Notes: generated by a model from the sequence alone, not told the origin. A stretch of 13,119 nucleotides of DNA from Candidatus Caldarchaeales archaeon (GCA_039630055.1 JBCNVN010000031.1:1-13119), one strand, 5' to 3'; numbered from the stretch's first letter, positions 1-8,051 are shown. A program made the numbers and translations.

Positions 1-476
1 AGGTAGGGAAGCTTCCTCAATCCTATCGTATCTTTCGAGATAAAGCTATTCCCTCTCAGAGTTACGAGCTTTACTCTTACCTCGTCGTCTATATGGGGTG
101 AAAAATGATGATCTAACCGTTGAATTATCTTCTGTCCAGGTGATATGAGAAAAGAGTGTTCTAGTCTTCTCAAACCCTCCGCCCCACTCTCCAAATAGAC
201 TGCGGGGACGGCTACAGAGATTATTCCAGGATTGGTCACTATTAGATAGAGCTGTCTCCTTCCAAATCCATCTATATTCTTACTTAATGAAACATATATT
301 TCGAGTCTTTCGTTAAGTCTCTCCAACTCGTACTGGAGCCGTCTATTGGCTTCCTGCATGAACAAGCTTTGGAGACTCTGCATGTAGAGAAACAAAGGTA
401 TTATTATCGTAAAGACTATGCTTAAAGCTATCGCCGTACCTATTATGGCCGATATACCTTTACGTCTATTCCTCAA
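1..476 (-). CDS. Archaeal type IV pilin-like protein with class III signal peptide (partial, runs off left edge; not in ORF track)
   Basis: TTG at 476, 1 nt after the stop of the upstream gene and preceded by AGGTGAT SD. Manual translation is open to the edge: MRNRRKG|ISAIIGTAIALSIVFTIIIPLFLY...ELERLNERLEI...LYLIVTNPG...VKLVTLRGNSF. It shows a basic leader, KG cleavage site, hydrophobic helix and pilin-type beta motifs. Confidence 0.85.
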   Translation of the reverse strand, partial: MRNRRKGISAIIGTAIALSIVFTIIIPLFLYMQSLQSLFMQEANRRLQYELERLNERLEIYVSLSKNIDGFGRRQLYLIVTNPGIISVAVPAVYLESGAEGLRRLEHSFLISPGQKIIQRLDHHFSPHIDDEVRVKLVTLRGNSFISKDTIGLRKLPY

Positions 477-477
477 C

Positions 478-1701
478 CTAATCACCTGCAGCCACCGTCC
501 TCGTCGTCGTAACAGTTACAATTGTCGTAGTGGTAACTAAGGTCGTAGCAGTCGTCGTTACCGTTTCTGTAATAGTTTTTGTCTCTGTAACTAGTGGAGA
601 AATATCTGTGATATTCATCACAACTCTAAAGACATCGCTAATCAAAGGGTTTGAGTCAAGTGCTACACTATATTCTTCCCATATACCTATTCCACTACCC
701 AAGGCTACCTCTTTTACACTACTACCTTTAGCGATAAGCCTATCGAAGCAGTCATATATCTTCACATCTACTCTATAGATCCCATCATCATTATGAAAAG
801 CTTTAGCGAAAACTTCTATAACTCTATTGTTGAAAGAATTCCAGAGAAGCTTTACGAAATCTACGTATGCTGTCCTATCTCTTCCAAGATACCATCTATT
901 CTGTACTATGGTCCAGTTGGGGTCCTCTATATTCAGAAAGACCTCGGCAGGATATCTTAATCCACCTGGTGAATCGGTCTCAATAATCTGGTCCATATCC
1001 GACATGCTGGGCAGGACTCTACTACCTTCAGCAGATCTTCCCGTGTAATCTCTAACGGTGACATGAACTTTAACATCTTTCAAGGTTGATGCTTTTGAGA
1101 GTCTTAGTTTAACCATTCTAGATAGAGCCCCTTCTTGATCTTCTTCTACAGGATCAACAAAGTCGACCCAGATCCAGTTTGATTGGATAGGACAGAAGCC
1201 TGAGAGGCCTAGACCTATCCTTTGAACGGGAAATGAAGCTACTCTAAATAGTGCAACATCTGAGGTGGGATTGATCAGCTCTGGATTGGATGGGTCGTAT
1301 AATTTCTTTGGGATATAGTGTACCTTTAATACTATTATATCATCTTCTCTACATAGAGGACACTCATATGAGATTTTCTCTAGCTCACCTATATCTAGTG
1401 TGGTTATCTCTCTCACCCCTGAATCCCATACAGGTGTTCCATTATTCAATACGATGAGCCTGAATATTACGACAGGTTCTTTACCTATATTCCTCATATA
1501 TGCATCTCTATGGAATACGTAGTCTGCAGATATCAATGACCGGAGTACTAGTGATTCTGCATTAACTTCTTCCAGAGACTTCAATCTGTATATTGCTGCG
1601 TAACCAGATAGGAGACCCCATAGGAAGAAACCTATCCCAATAACTATAGCCGTTACTATTGCAATAGTTAGAAGATTACTCTGCCCATACCTTTTCACCA
1701 A
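478..1701 (-). CDS. Large minor pilin/adhesin-like protein, class III signal peptide, CPxC motif, Thr-rich C-terminal tail
   Basis: ORF track gives 478..1719. The GAGGTGA SD (about 1713-1707) favours a start at TTG 1701 or GTG 1698. The sequence reads KRYG|QSNLLTIAIVTAIVIGIGFFLWGLL and ends TETKTITETVTTTATTLVTTTTIVTVTTTRTV. Confidence 0.75.
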   Translation of the reverse strand: MVKRYGQSNLLTIAIVTAIVIGIGFFLWGLLSGYAAIYRLKSLEEVNAESLVLRSLISADYVFHRDAYMRNIGKEPVVIFRLIVLNNGTPVWDSGVREITTLDIGELEKISYECPLCREDDIIVLKVHYIPKKLYDPSNPELINPTSDVALFRVASFPVQRIGLGLSGFCPIQSNWIWVDFVDPVEEDQEGALSRMVKLRLSKASTLKDVKVHVTVRDYTGRSAEGSRVLPSMSDMDQIIETDSPGGLRYPAEVFLNIEDPNWTIVQNRWYLGRDRTAYVDFVKLLWNSFNNRVIEVFAKAFHNDDGIYRVDVKIYDCFDRLIAKGSSVKEVALGSGIGIWEEYSVALDSNPLISDVFRVVMNITDISPLVTETKTITETVTTTATTLVTTTTIVTVTTTRTVAAGD

Positions 1702-1711
1702 TCTGGTCACC

Positions 1712-2867
1712 TCATCCAATTTCTGCTATACTTGTTTCAACATAATATATCTGGTCAAAGCTTACGGGTGAGGATAAACCGATAAAGGTTGTTATACTAT
1801 ACATGCCCGGCATCACATTAATGGTACTTGAAGCACTTTGAAGTATATCTTTATTACAATTTCTTAATACTATAGAGACTCTGTATATTCCTTCTTCTCC
1901 TGCTCCAAGCTCAATCATCACCGAGTAGACGTTTTTATCTCTCTCAAACCACTGGAGATGTATCCCGCTAACATGGATCTTGCGGGGTATTCCATCAAAT
2001 AACCATGATCCTTGAATCATTGGCCATTCAGAGGATACTGTGATTAGGAAGGGTACTTTGATTCCAGCATATTGTCCTGTGATCGGTATATCGTTATGGG
2101 TAGGTATCGTAACTATCCTAGAGCCTGAACCCTGTCTACCACCAACAATCTCTTGAGCTCTTACAATTATTTCAACTTCACCTGATTGAGAGGCGAATAC
2201 AGGTCTGACATAGATCTTATTCGTTGAGTAGATTTCACCAGCTTCTACATCTGTTATAGGATCGACCTTGTCGACTAAGACCCAGCTCTGTGATAATGGA
2301 CATATAGGGGGTGGAACCGTTCCCACTGGCTTAACTATCTTAATTTCAACATATAACATGTCGTTGAGAGATAATAGAGGCTGTTCTTCATTGTATGAGG
2401 CTGAAGAGATATACCAAACTCTATAAACTAGGGTATCTCCTCTTTGACATTGTGGACAAGTGGGAGCCTCTAGGGTACTACTATTCCCGATACCTAGTTT
2501 CGTAAGATTTCCAAAACCTGTAGAAGGTATGCTACCGTATAATACATTTTCTGCTGAGAGTAACTCTATCCTAGTTATCGTTAAATCTATAGGTTGTTTT
2601 GCAATATTTCTAACAGTTATCTCTGCATGTTCTACACCATCTGTTTCAGTATAGTTTACAGCTTCTATAAGTAATAATCCTCTAAGAAGCTGAATATTTC
2701 TATCAGTCTCTTCTGTTAAATCCAAAGTTGTATTAGAGAATAGCCCAGCGGAGATACCCATTAAGAATAATCCTAAAATGAGTACAAGTGGTGCTATCAC
2801 GGCCGCCTCTACGACCGTAATACCTCTCCTCTCTTTAGATGAGCTCTTTGCCTTCTTTAAACCTCAT
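1712..2867 (-). CDS. Large minor pilin-like protein with TadE-like N-terminus; paralog of 478-1701; apparent +1 frameshift in the first 10 codons
   Basis: The ORF track starts at GTG 2800, but the frame stays open upstream as ...KSSSKERRG|ITVVEAAVIAPLVLILGLFLMG with no in-frame start codon. An ATG at 2867, 25 nt below a TATA box, is one base out of frame. Confidence 0.75.
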
Positions 2868-2892
2868 TATACCAATAAATTATTATTCAAAG

Positions 2893-2907
2893 TATATAAA
2901 ATTTTCG
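2893..2907 (-). promoter_or_regulatory. BRE + TATA box for the minor-pilin operon
   Basis: Minus strand reads CGAAAAT-TTTATATA, ending 25 nt before ATG 2867, which is leaderless geometry. Confidence 0.65.
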
Positions 2908-3128
2908 ATTTGAGCCGTAAAAGTCACATCATTATAAAAGCTTCAATCGTATTATTCAGGAATAAGTTAGAAGAACCATCATTAACCTTATCTTTCAGCC
3001 ATTTTTAATTGAGGTAGAGAACCTGTATTCATTGCAGAACGAGAAGGGATTATGTGATTATTAAAAACAATAGAAATAAGAATAGATGATATCTAGATAG
3101 ACACTTATAGTTTACAGAGTATCCATCT

Positions 3129-3497
3129 CTAGTCTAGTAAATCTTTCAGTTTTTCTACTGCATCTTTTACATCCATAATTAATAATCCGATCTTTGCCTT
3201 GGGGCTCATAAGCACTACCAGCGATGCCTTCTTTCCAGCATAAAGGATCGAGCCGCCTTTATCTGTTAAGAGTATAAGATAGTTAAGCTTACCCAAAGCT
3301 ACCTGTTCTGATACCCTCTCAACTATGCTCTGAAGTGCTGAGATCGCCGCTGAAGCCCGTTCTTCATCTATTCCAGCAGGCAAGTTACTCGATATCATTA
3401 ATCCATCGGCACTTATAATCGCCGTACCAGTTACATCTGGATTACCCTTAGTGAGCCCACTTATTACAGCTTGTAATCTTTCAGCACGAGTAGACAC
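3129..3497 (-). CDS. mglB: Roadblock/LC7 (MglB-like) protein, about 122 aa
   Basis: Motifs VTGTAIISADGLMISS, DEERASAAISAL, LGKLNYLIL and AKIGLLIMDVK are typical Roadblock. The start is revised from 3572 to GTG 3497, which follows a GAGGTGG SD. Confidence 0.9.
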   Translation of the reverse strand: MSTRAERLQAVISGLTKGNPDVTGTAIISADGLMISSNLPAGIDEERASAAISALQSIVERVSEQVALGKLNYLILLTDKGGSILYAGKKASLVVLMSPKAKIGLLIMDVKDAVEKLKDLLD

Positions 3498-3580
3498 ACC
3501 TTCCCACCTCTGAAATAATTTACATACATTATTATATATGCTTGCTGGTCTAATCTTATTAAAACCTTCCATGATGGTTA

Positions 3581-4164
3581 TCAGCCTCTTCCCAGAAGTT
3601 CTTCATATACTCGCTTCATTTTCCTATAAGTTTCTTCATCAATCTTTTTTCTTTCAATAGTTTCTCCAGCTTGGCCATTCTCTCACTTATTGTCGACCTG
3701 AATATATTGGATGCAAAGACTTCTTCAGCTTCAGCCTCCTTCTTCAATTCTTTCTCAACAAGACTCTGAGCAGTAGTTGCTAGATGATAAAATATCTGCT
3801 CTGCATTAATGTAGGTGCTACTGGTAAGTAATGCGTGGATATCGGATGCGATTTCCAAGACGTATGGGCCTGTTAATATCTTTTCACCTATCTTGACGGC
3901 GGGAATACCGTTTATCCCAAACCTAGTCTTCATATCTTCTTCATAGTTTTTAAGAGTTGTCCAGATCTCGAATTCAAGCTCTTCGCTTTTGCCTAAAGTC
4001 GATGGAAGAGATATTCTAACCGTCGTTACAGCATGGGCTGGCCAAATATCCTTTGAGGAAAATTTCGACCTATCCTTTAGATCTCTAATTAATCCATTCA
4101 GAATTCTTAAAACTTTATTAGATGTTTCGTCTTCCGATGTATAGAACGTTATTTTGTATGGCAT
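3581..4164 (-). CDS. Thioredoxin-superfamily-like protein lacking CxxC, with a probable SHOCT-like C-terminus across a -1 frameshift
   Basis: ORF 3616..4164 has the N-terminal strand-helix YKITFYTSEDETSNKVLRIL and the cis-Pro-type motif FGINGIPAVKIG. Adding one A in the A6 run (3645-3650) gives KLEKLLKEKKIDEETYRKMKRVYEELLGRG, stopping at 3581. Confidence 0.55.
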
Positions 4165-4186
4165 GAGTATTTAATGTCATCAGATG

Positions 4187-4200
4187 TTTTTAAACTTTAT
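4187..4200 (-). promoter_or_regulatory. BRE/TATA for the 4164 gene
   Basis: Minus strand reads ATAAAG-TTTAAAAA, ending 22 nt before ATG 4164. Confidence 0.5.
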
Positions 4201-4218
4201 TCATTGAGTGCTGCAGAA

Positions 4219-6021
4219 TTATCTTCCCACAATCTCTTTAAGTTTGACATTCATAGAGTCGACAAATATTCTTCCATCTTCTCTCAACTGTTTTAAAGCC
4301 TCTACGAGTACATCTTTCGGCAAAGGTATCTTAACAAATATCTGATAGTATGGTGCCGTCCCATTATTCGATCTCAATAACTCTACAATATAGTCGACTG
4401 CGGTTCTAACCTTTTCTATAGAGACCTCTCTAGGTTTAGTAATAACAACTGGCATATATACTTCCTCTACTCTTATGCCCATCTCTCTAATGAATCTCTC
4501 AGGATCTGTATAGTAAGAATAAACAACTTTAGCAACTTCATTTACTCCTTCAATGCCTTTGCTCACCATCCACTCCAACACAGCTTTCCTCTTCATCAAT
4601 TCTCTGACTACATCAATCTTCTTCTTCCCCCATCTCAGAGCAATCTGTTCAAGTATGATGCTCTTCTCAATATCAAACTTAAAAGTATCTGTTAATGGAT
4701 CCCACTCACCTATTAGTTCATACTTTTCATAATCTGATATCTCCCAAACATATCTCATCCTTCTTCCAAATGTCATACCTTTAACCGGTCTTGGAAGTAG
4801 AGTTCTCTCAACGAGACAGAGTACATCCATCAAAGGGATATGGCTAGGAGGTATATTCATCGGAGGACTTATCAGCCTCTTAACGGCGGTCTCTATACTC
4901 TCTGCGTGAACTGTGGAAAGTCCACCATGACCTGTAGCGATGGCTTGGAATAAGACGAATGCTTCTTCTCCTCTTATCTCTCCAACTATCAGATAGTCTG
5001 GACGATATCTTAAACTCATCCTAACCAAGTCGTATAGGGTTATCTGACCTATCTTAGCACCTATCCCGTAACTTTCACGTGTAACAAATCTCACCCAGTT
5101 CTCTGTAGGCATGTTCAATTCAGCGGTCTCTTCACATGTTATTATCTTCATTCTCGGCTTTATGAAGCATGAGAGAGCGTTTAGGAGAGTCGTCTTTCCG
5201 CTTCCCGTCGCTCCAGCTACCATGATGTTTGCCTTATTCTCTAAGAGTATCCAGAAATATGCTGCAAGCTCAGTACTCATAATATTATTCTGTAGTAATT
5301 CAACTATGCTGAAAGGTCTCTCTCTAAACTTCCTTATAGTGAAGGTTGATCCTCTTGGAGAGATCTCTTCTCTAAATGTTGCTGCAAGCCTATGCTTACC
5401 ATATATCATAGCATCAAGCATTGGGAAGGCTGAAGAGATATGCTTCCCAGCCTTATGAGCCAGCTGAATTATAAAATCATCCAATGCTGCTCTATCTATG
5501 AATGTTATGTTTGTAGGCATGCTTTCATAATCTCTATGCCAGACATATATAGGTACATTTACCCCATCACATGAGATATCTTCAATCCTATAGTCTTCCA
5601 TAATCACATTCAACAGACCGAATCCCAGCATATCTCTCTCAAGATGGTAGAAGAGCTTCTTCTTAGAATTCTCATCAACTACACCTATACCTTTACCATA
5701 CTTATTCAACAATTTTTCAGCAGAAGATATCAGCATCTTCTTAACTTCTTCTTCCTCTCCAACGGTAGGCGGCTCAAGCTCTTTCGATAAAAAATCTTTC
5801 AACTTCTTTAGAGTATTTTTTTCAGCTTCATTTAACTCTACTTCTCTAACGAAGTATACTGGCTCGAGTACTATTCCAGGTTTAGCGGCTATGACTACCT
5901 CGGCCAAGCCTTCTCTCACTGGATACCGTTGAAGAACTTCATAATCTGATGGTAGAGGATCGACTTTAACTCCAACATCTTCTTTAGGTTTCTCTTCATC
6001 CTTCTTCTTAAACAATGGCAT
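4219..6021 (-). CDS. Type IV pilus/type II secretion assembly ATPase (archaeal VirB11/FlaI/TadA/AapE-like) with C-terminal extension
   Basis: Walker A GATGSGKTT, Asp box TCEETAEL, Walker B RPDYLIVGEIRG, His box GHGGLSTVHA, plus IEDISCDG and GSTFTIRKF. An AGGAGAGG SD lies upstream. Confidence 0.96.
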   Translation of the reverse strand: MPLFKKKDEEKPKEDVGVKVDPLPSDYEVLQRYPVREGLAEVVIAAKPGIVLEPVYFVREVELNEAEKNTLKKLKDFLSKELEPPTVGEEEEVKKMLISSAEKLLNKYGKGIGVVDENSKKKLFYHLERDMLGFGLLNVIMEDYRIEDISCDGVNVPIYVWHRDYESMPTNITFIDRAALDDFIIQLAHKAGKHISSAFPMLDAMIYGKHRLAATFREEISPRGSTFTIRKFRERPFSIVELLQNNIMSTELAAYFWILLENKANIMVAGATGSGKTTLLNALSCFIKPRMKIITCEETAELNMPTENWVRFVTRESYGIGAKIGQITLYDLVRMSLRYRPDYLIVGEIRGEEAFVLFQAIATGHGGLSTVHAESIETAVKRLISPPMNIPPSHIPLMDVLCLVERTLLPRPVKGMTFGRRMRYVWEISDYEKYELIGEWDPLTDTFKFDIEKSIILEQIALRWGKKKIDVVRELMKRKAVLEWMVSKGIEGVNEVAKVVYSYYTDPERFIREMGIRVEEVYMPVVITKPREVSIEKVRTAVDYIVELLRSNNGTAPYYQIFVKIPLPKDVLVEALKQLREDGRIFVDSMNVKLKEIVGR

Positions 6022-6189
6022 TTTAATGATCCTCTCCTATCCTTAAAATATACTATTTAATCGCTCTTAAATTTCTTTCTCTTAAGTAGGACTAGAGTTA
6101 CAAATATAAAAAATGTAGAGCGTCTCCCCATAGGGTTTTTATATACTGTAGTTCTCTGACATTAGAGATTGCTATTATGTAGTTTGTTC

Positions 6190-6442
6190 ATCATGCTGGC
6201 CAATATTTTGATGTTTAAGACTTTATGATAAGTTCTCTAATATTCATAGTTGGATTCATGATTCAAGAGTATTGGTCTCTGTGAAACATCTATCTATACA
6301 GAGTCTAGAAGATATACGAAGCCAATCTTCAGATAGATTAGGTGACCATTAGTGATTACTGTCAGCCTTAGAGATTCATCAGCTTCTCAATGATTCTAAA
6401 GGTTTGATAAATTCATTCTAAAACCTTGAAGAATTTGGCCAT
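6190..6442 (-). pseudogene. Possible heavily decayed ArsR/SmtB-family regulator
   Basis: Fragments appear in ArsR order across frames and stops: MAKFFKVL..FRIIEKL, NGHLIYLKIGFV, QYS.IMNP..IRELII, KILAS. The resemblance is weak. Confidence 0.2.
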
Positions 6443-6452
6443 TCGGCTTTTA

Positions 6453-6468
6453 CGAAAATATTTTAAGG
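6453..6468 (+). promoter_or_regulatory. BRE/TATA for the Roadblock-GTPase operon
   Basis: CGAAAATA-TTTTAAGG ends 24 nt before ATG 6493. Confidence 0.55.
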
Positions 6469-6492
6469 GAGAGTGTGATTAATTAAGTTAAG

Positions 6493-7098
6493 ATGGATGG
6501 ATTTTTAGGGGCAGTATACAATATTTTGACAAATCCATTGATGACCTTTTTAATTTTCATTCTTATCATAGTTGCTGTAGCATTATCTATTCTTTCATTT
6601 GTCAATACATTTTTATTATCAAAGAAGATACCCTCTATGATTTCTTCCAAGATTCCTACAACTCCATCCCCAGAACTACCTCAAAGAGTATCTAAACCTA
6701 CCCCATCCATACCTCCATCAAAGACCGCTACAGAATTCATTAGGATTACAAGTGGATTAGAATCTCTAGAAGAGATCTCTAGCGCTCTCACCGTTAATTC
6801 TATCTTCCTATTCAATTTAACAGGTATGTCGATAGAATCTTATAATGTGAAAGAAGAAGAAAAATTGGCCGCTGCCTTAGCAGATATAGTTGCAACTTTA
6901 AAGAAGTCTGGTTTTCCAACGGAGTCCATAAGTATAAGAGATGGAGTTCAAGGCCTCATACTGTTTGTTTCACAGATAGGAGAGATGGAAGTATATGCAC
7001 TCCTCCTAGGAGGGCCAGATGTTTCAGTAGATGTTGGAGAGGCTAGAGAGCTCTTAAAGAATTATGTATCATCAATGATTAAGAGGAAGGGTGAATAG
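6493..7098 (+). CDS. Single-pass membrane protein with Pro/Ser/Thr linker and C-terminal divergent Roadblock-like domain
   Basis: TM segment MTFLIFILIIVAVALSILSFVNTFLL is followed by KK and the linker IPTTPSPELPQRVSKPTPSIPPS. The C-terminal domain VNSIFLFNLTGMSIES..EEEKLAAALADIV..TESISIRD..LILFV parallels the Roadblock pattern. Confidence 0.65.
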   Translation: MDGFLGAVYNILTNPLMTFLIFILIIVAVALSILSFVNTFLLSKKIPSMISSKIPTTPSPELPQRVSKPTPSIPPSKTATEFIRITSGLESLEEISSALTVNSIFLFNLTGMSIESYNVKEEEKLAAALADIVATLKKSGFPTESISIRDGVQGLILFVSQIGEMEVYALLLGGPDVSVDVGEARELLKNYVSSMIKRKGE

Positions 7099-7100
7099 TT

Positions 7101-7463
7101 GTGGCCACGGCTTACGAGGCTCTTCAAGTACTTGTGGAGAGCATAATGGTTAGCAGTAAAGGATGGGTTGAGGCTGTAGCCGTAGTCTCACAAGATGGCA
7201 CTCCTGTAACATATAATACAAATGTTGAATTTAATCCAGATTATATCGCAGCCACTACCGCGGCTATTGCTGGGGCAACATCAGCCGTCGTAGAGCTACT
7301 AAACTCTAAAGGTTTCGATAGAATAGATGTTCAGTTAAAAGATAAAAGATACTTGTTGATTAGAAATTATAAAGACCAGTATATCATCTGTGTTACTAGA
7401 CCGAACCCTAACCTAGGATTTGTAAACTTGATACTTGAAGCATTCCTATCTGGTAGGTCATGA
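7101..7463 (+). CDS. mglB: Roadblock/LC7 (MglB-like) protein
   Basis: Motifs VEAVAVVSQDGTPV, PDYIAATTAAI, FDRIDVQLKD and PNLGFV. GTG start after a GGGTGA SD; ATGA overlap with the GTPase gene. Confidence 0.9.
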   Translation: MATAYEALQVLVESIMVSSKGWVEAVAVVSQDGTPVTYNTNVEFNPDYIAATTAAIAGATSAVVELLNSKGFDRIDVQLKDKRYLLIRNYKDQYIICVTRPNPNLGFVNLILEAFLSGRS

Positions 7464-8023
7464 AGATACTTAAGATACTCATTACAGGACCTTACAATGC
7501 TGGTAAAACAACTCTAGTAAAAACTCTCTGTGCTAATGCGCTTACAACCGATAAACGTACAATATCTGATGAATTGGTCAAACCAACTACAACTGTTGCG
7601 TTAGACTTCGGGTTAGTAAATATTAAAGGAACATTGGTAAGATTGTTCGGTACACCTGGTCAGAGCAGGTTCTCATTTATGTGGCGTACTCTCTCGATAG
7701 GAATAGACGGATACATATTCATGGTAGATAGTAGTGATCCATTAAGCCTAGATGATGCTCTCCACATGTATATGTTTTTTAAATCTATGCATCCTAAAAC
7801 AGTTCACGTAATCTCAGCTAACAAATATGATAAAGAGAAGAAGTTAAGTATAGATGCTATCAGATCTGCTCTTAAAGCCGAAAAGGATATCCCAATATAT
7901 CCGACAGTGGCCTATGATCTAGATAGCGCTACAAGACTATTAGAACTCTTAATAGATATGATCAAAAGTAGAGTAATGATCCAGCTTAAGGAGTATGAAC
8001 AAAAGAGACCACCTAAAGTATAG
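7460..8023 (+). CDS. mglA: MglA/CvnD-like small Ras-superfamily GTPase
   Basis: G1 GPYNAGKTT, G2 region TTTVALDFG, G3 LFGTPGQSRF, G4 NKYD. Directly downstream of a Roadblock gene. Confidence 0.92.
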   Translation: MKILKILITGPYNAGKTTLVKTLCANALTTDKRTISDELVKPTTTVALDFGLVNIKGTLVRLFGTPGQSRFSFMWRTLSIGIDGYIFMVDSSDPLSLDDALHMYMFFKSMHPKTVHVISANKYDKEKKLSIDAIRSALKAEKDIPIYPTVAYDLDSATRLLELLIDMIKSRVMIQLKEYEQKRPPKV

Positions 8024-8051
8024 ATTAGACATAGTTGTTTTGATAGTTTTT

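Noticed and set aside
530-1048. Plus-strand ORFs 530-778 and 827-1048
   Set aside because: They are antisense shadows of the pilin-like gene and show no motifs.
2460-3008. Plus-strand ORFs 2460-2654 and 2778-3008
   Set aside because: They are antisense to the pilin gene and its promoter, with no recognisable product.
3498-3572. 25-codon N-terminal extension of the Roadblock ORF
   Set aside because: The region contains TATA-like boxes and the SD for GTG 3497, so it is likely non-coding.
5111-5458. Plus-strand 115-aa ORF
   Set aside because: It is antisense to the conserved ATPase core.
6329-6382. Possible C/D box sRNA on the minus strand (CTGATGA..CTGA..CTGA, about 54 nt)
   Set aside because: The C box is imperfect, there is no credible C' box, and I could not identify an rRNA/tRNA target.
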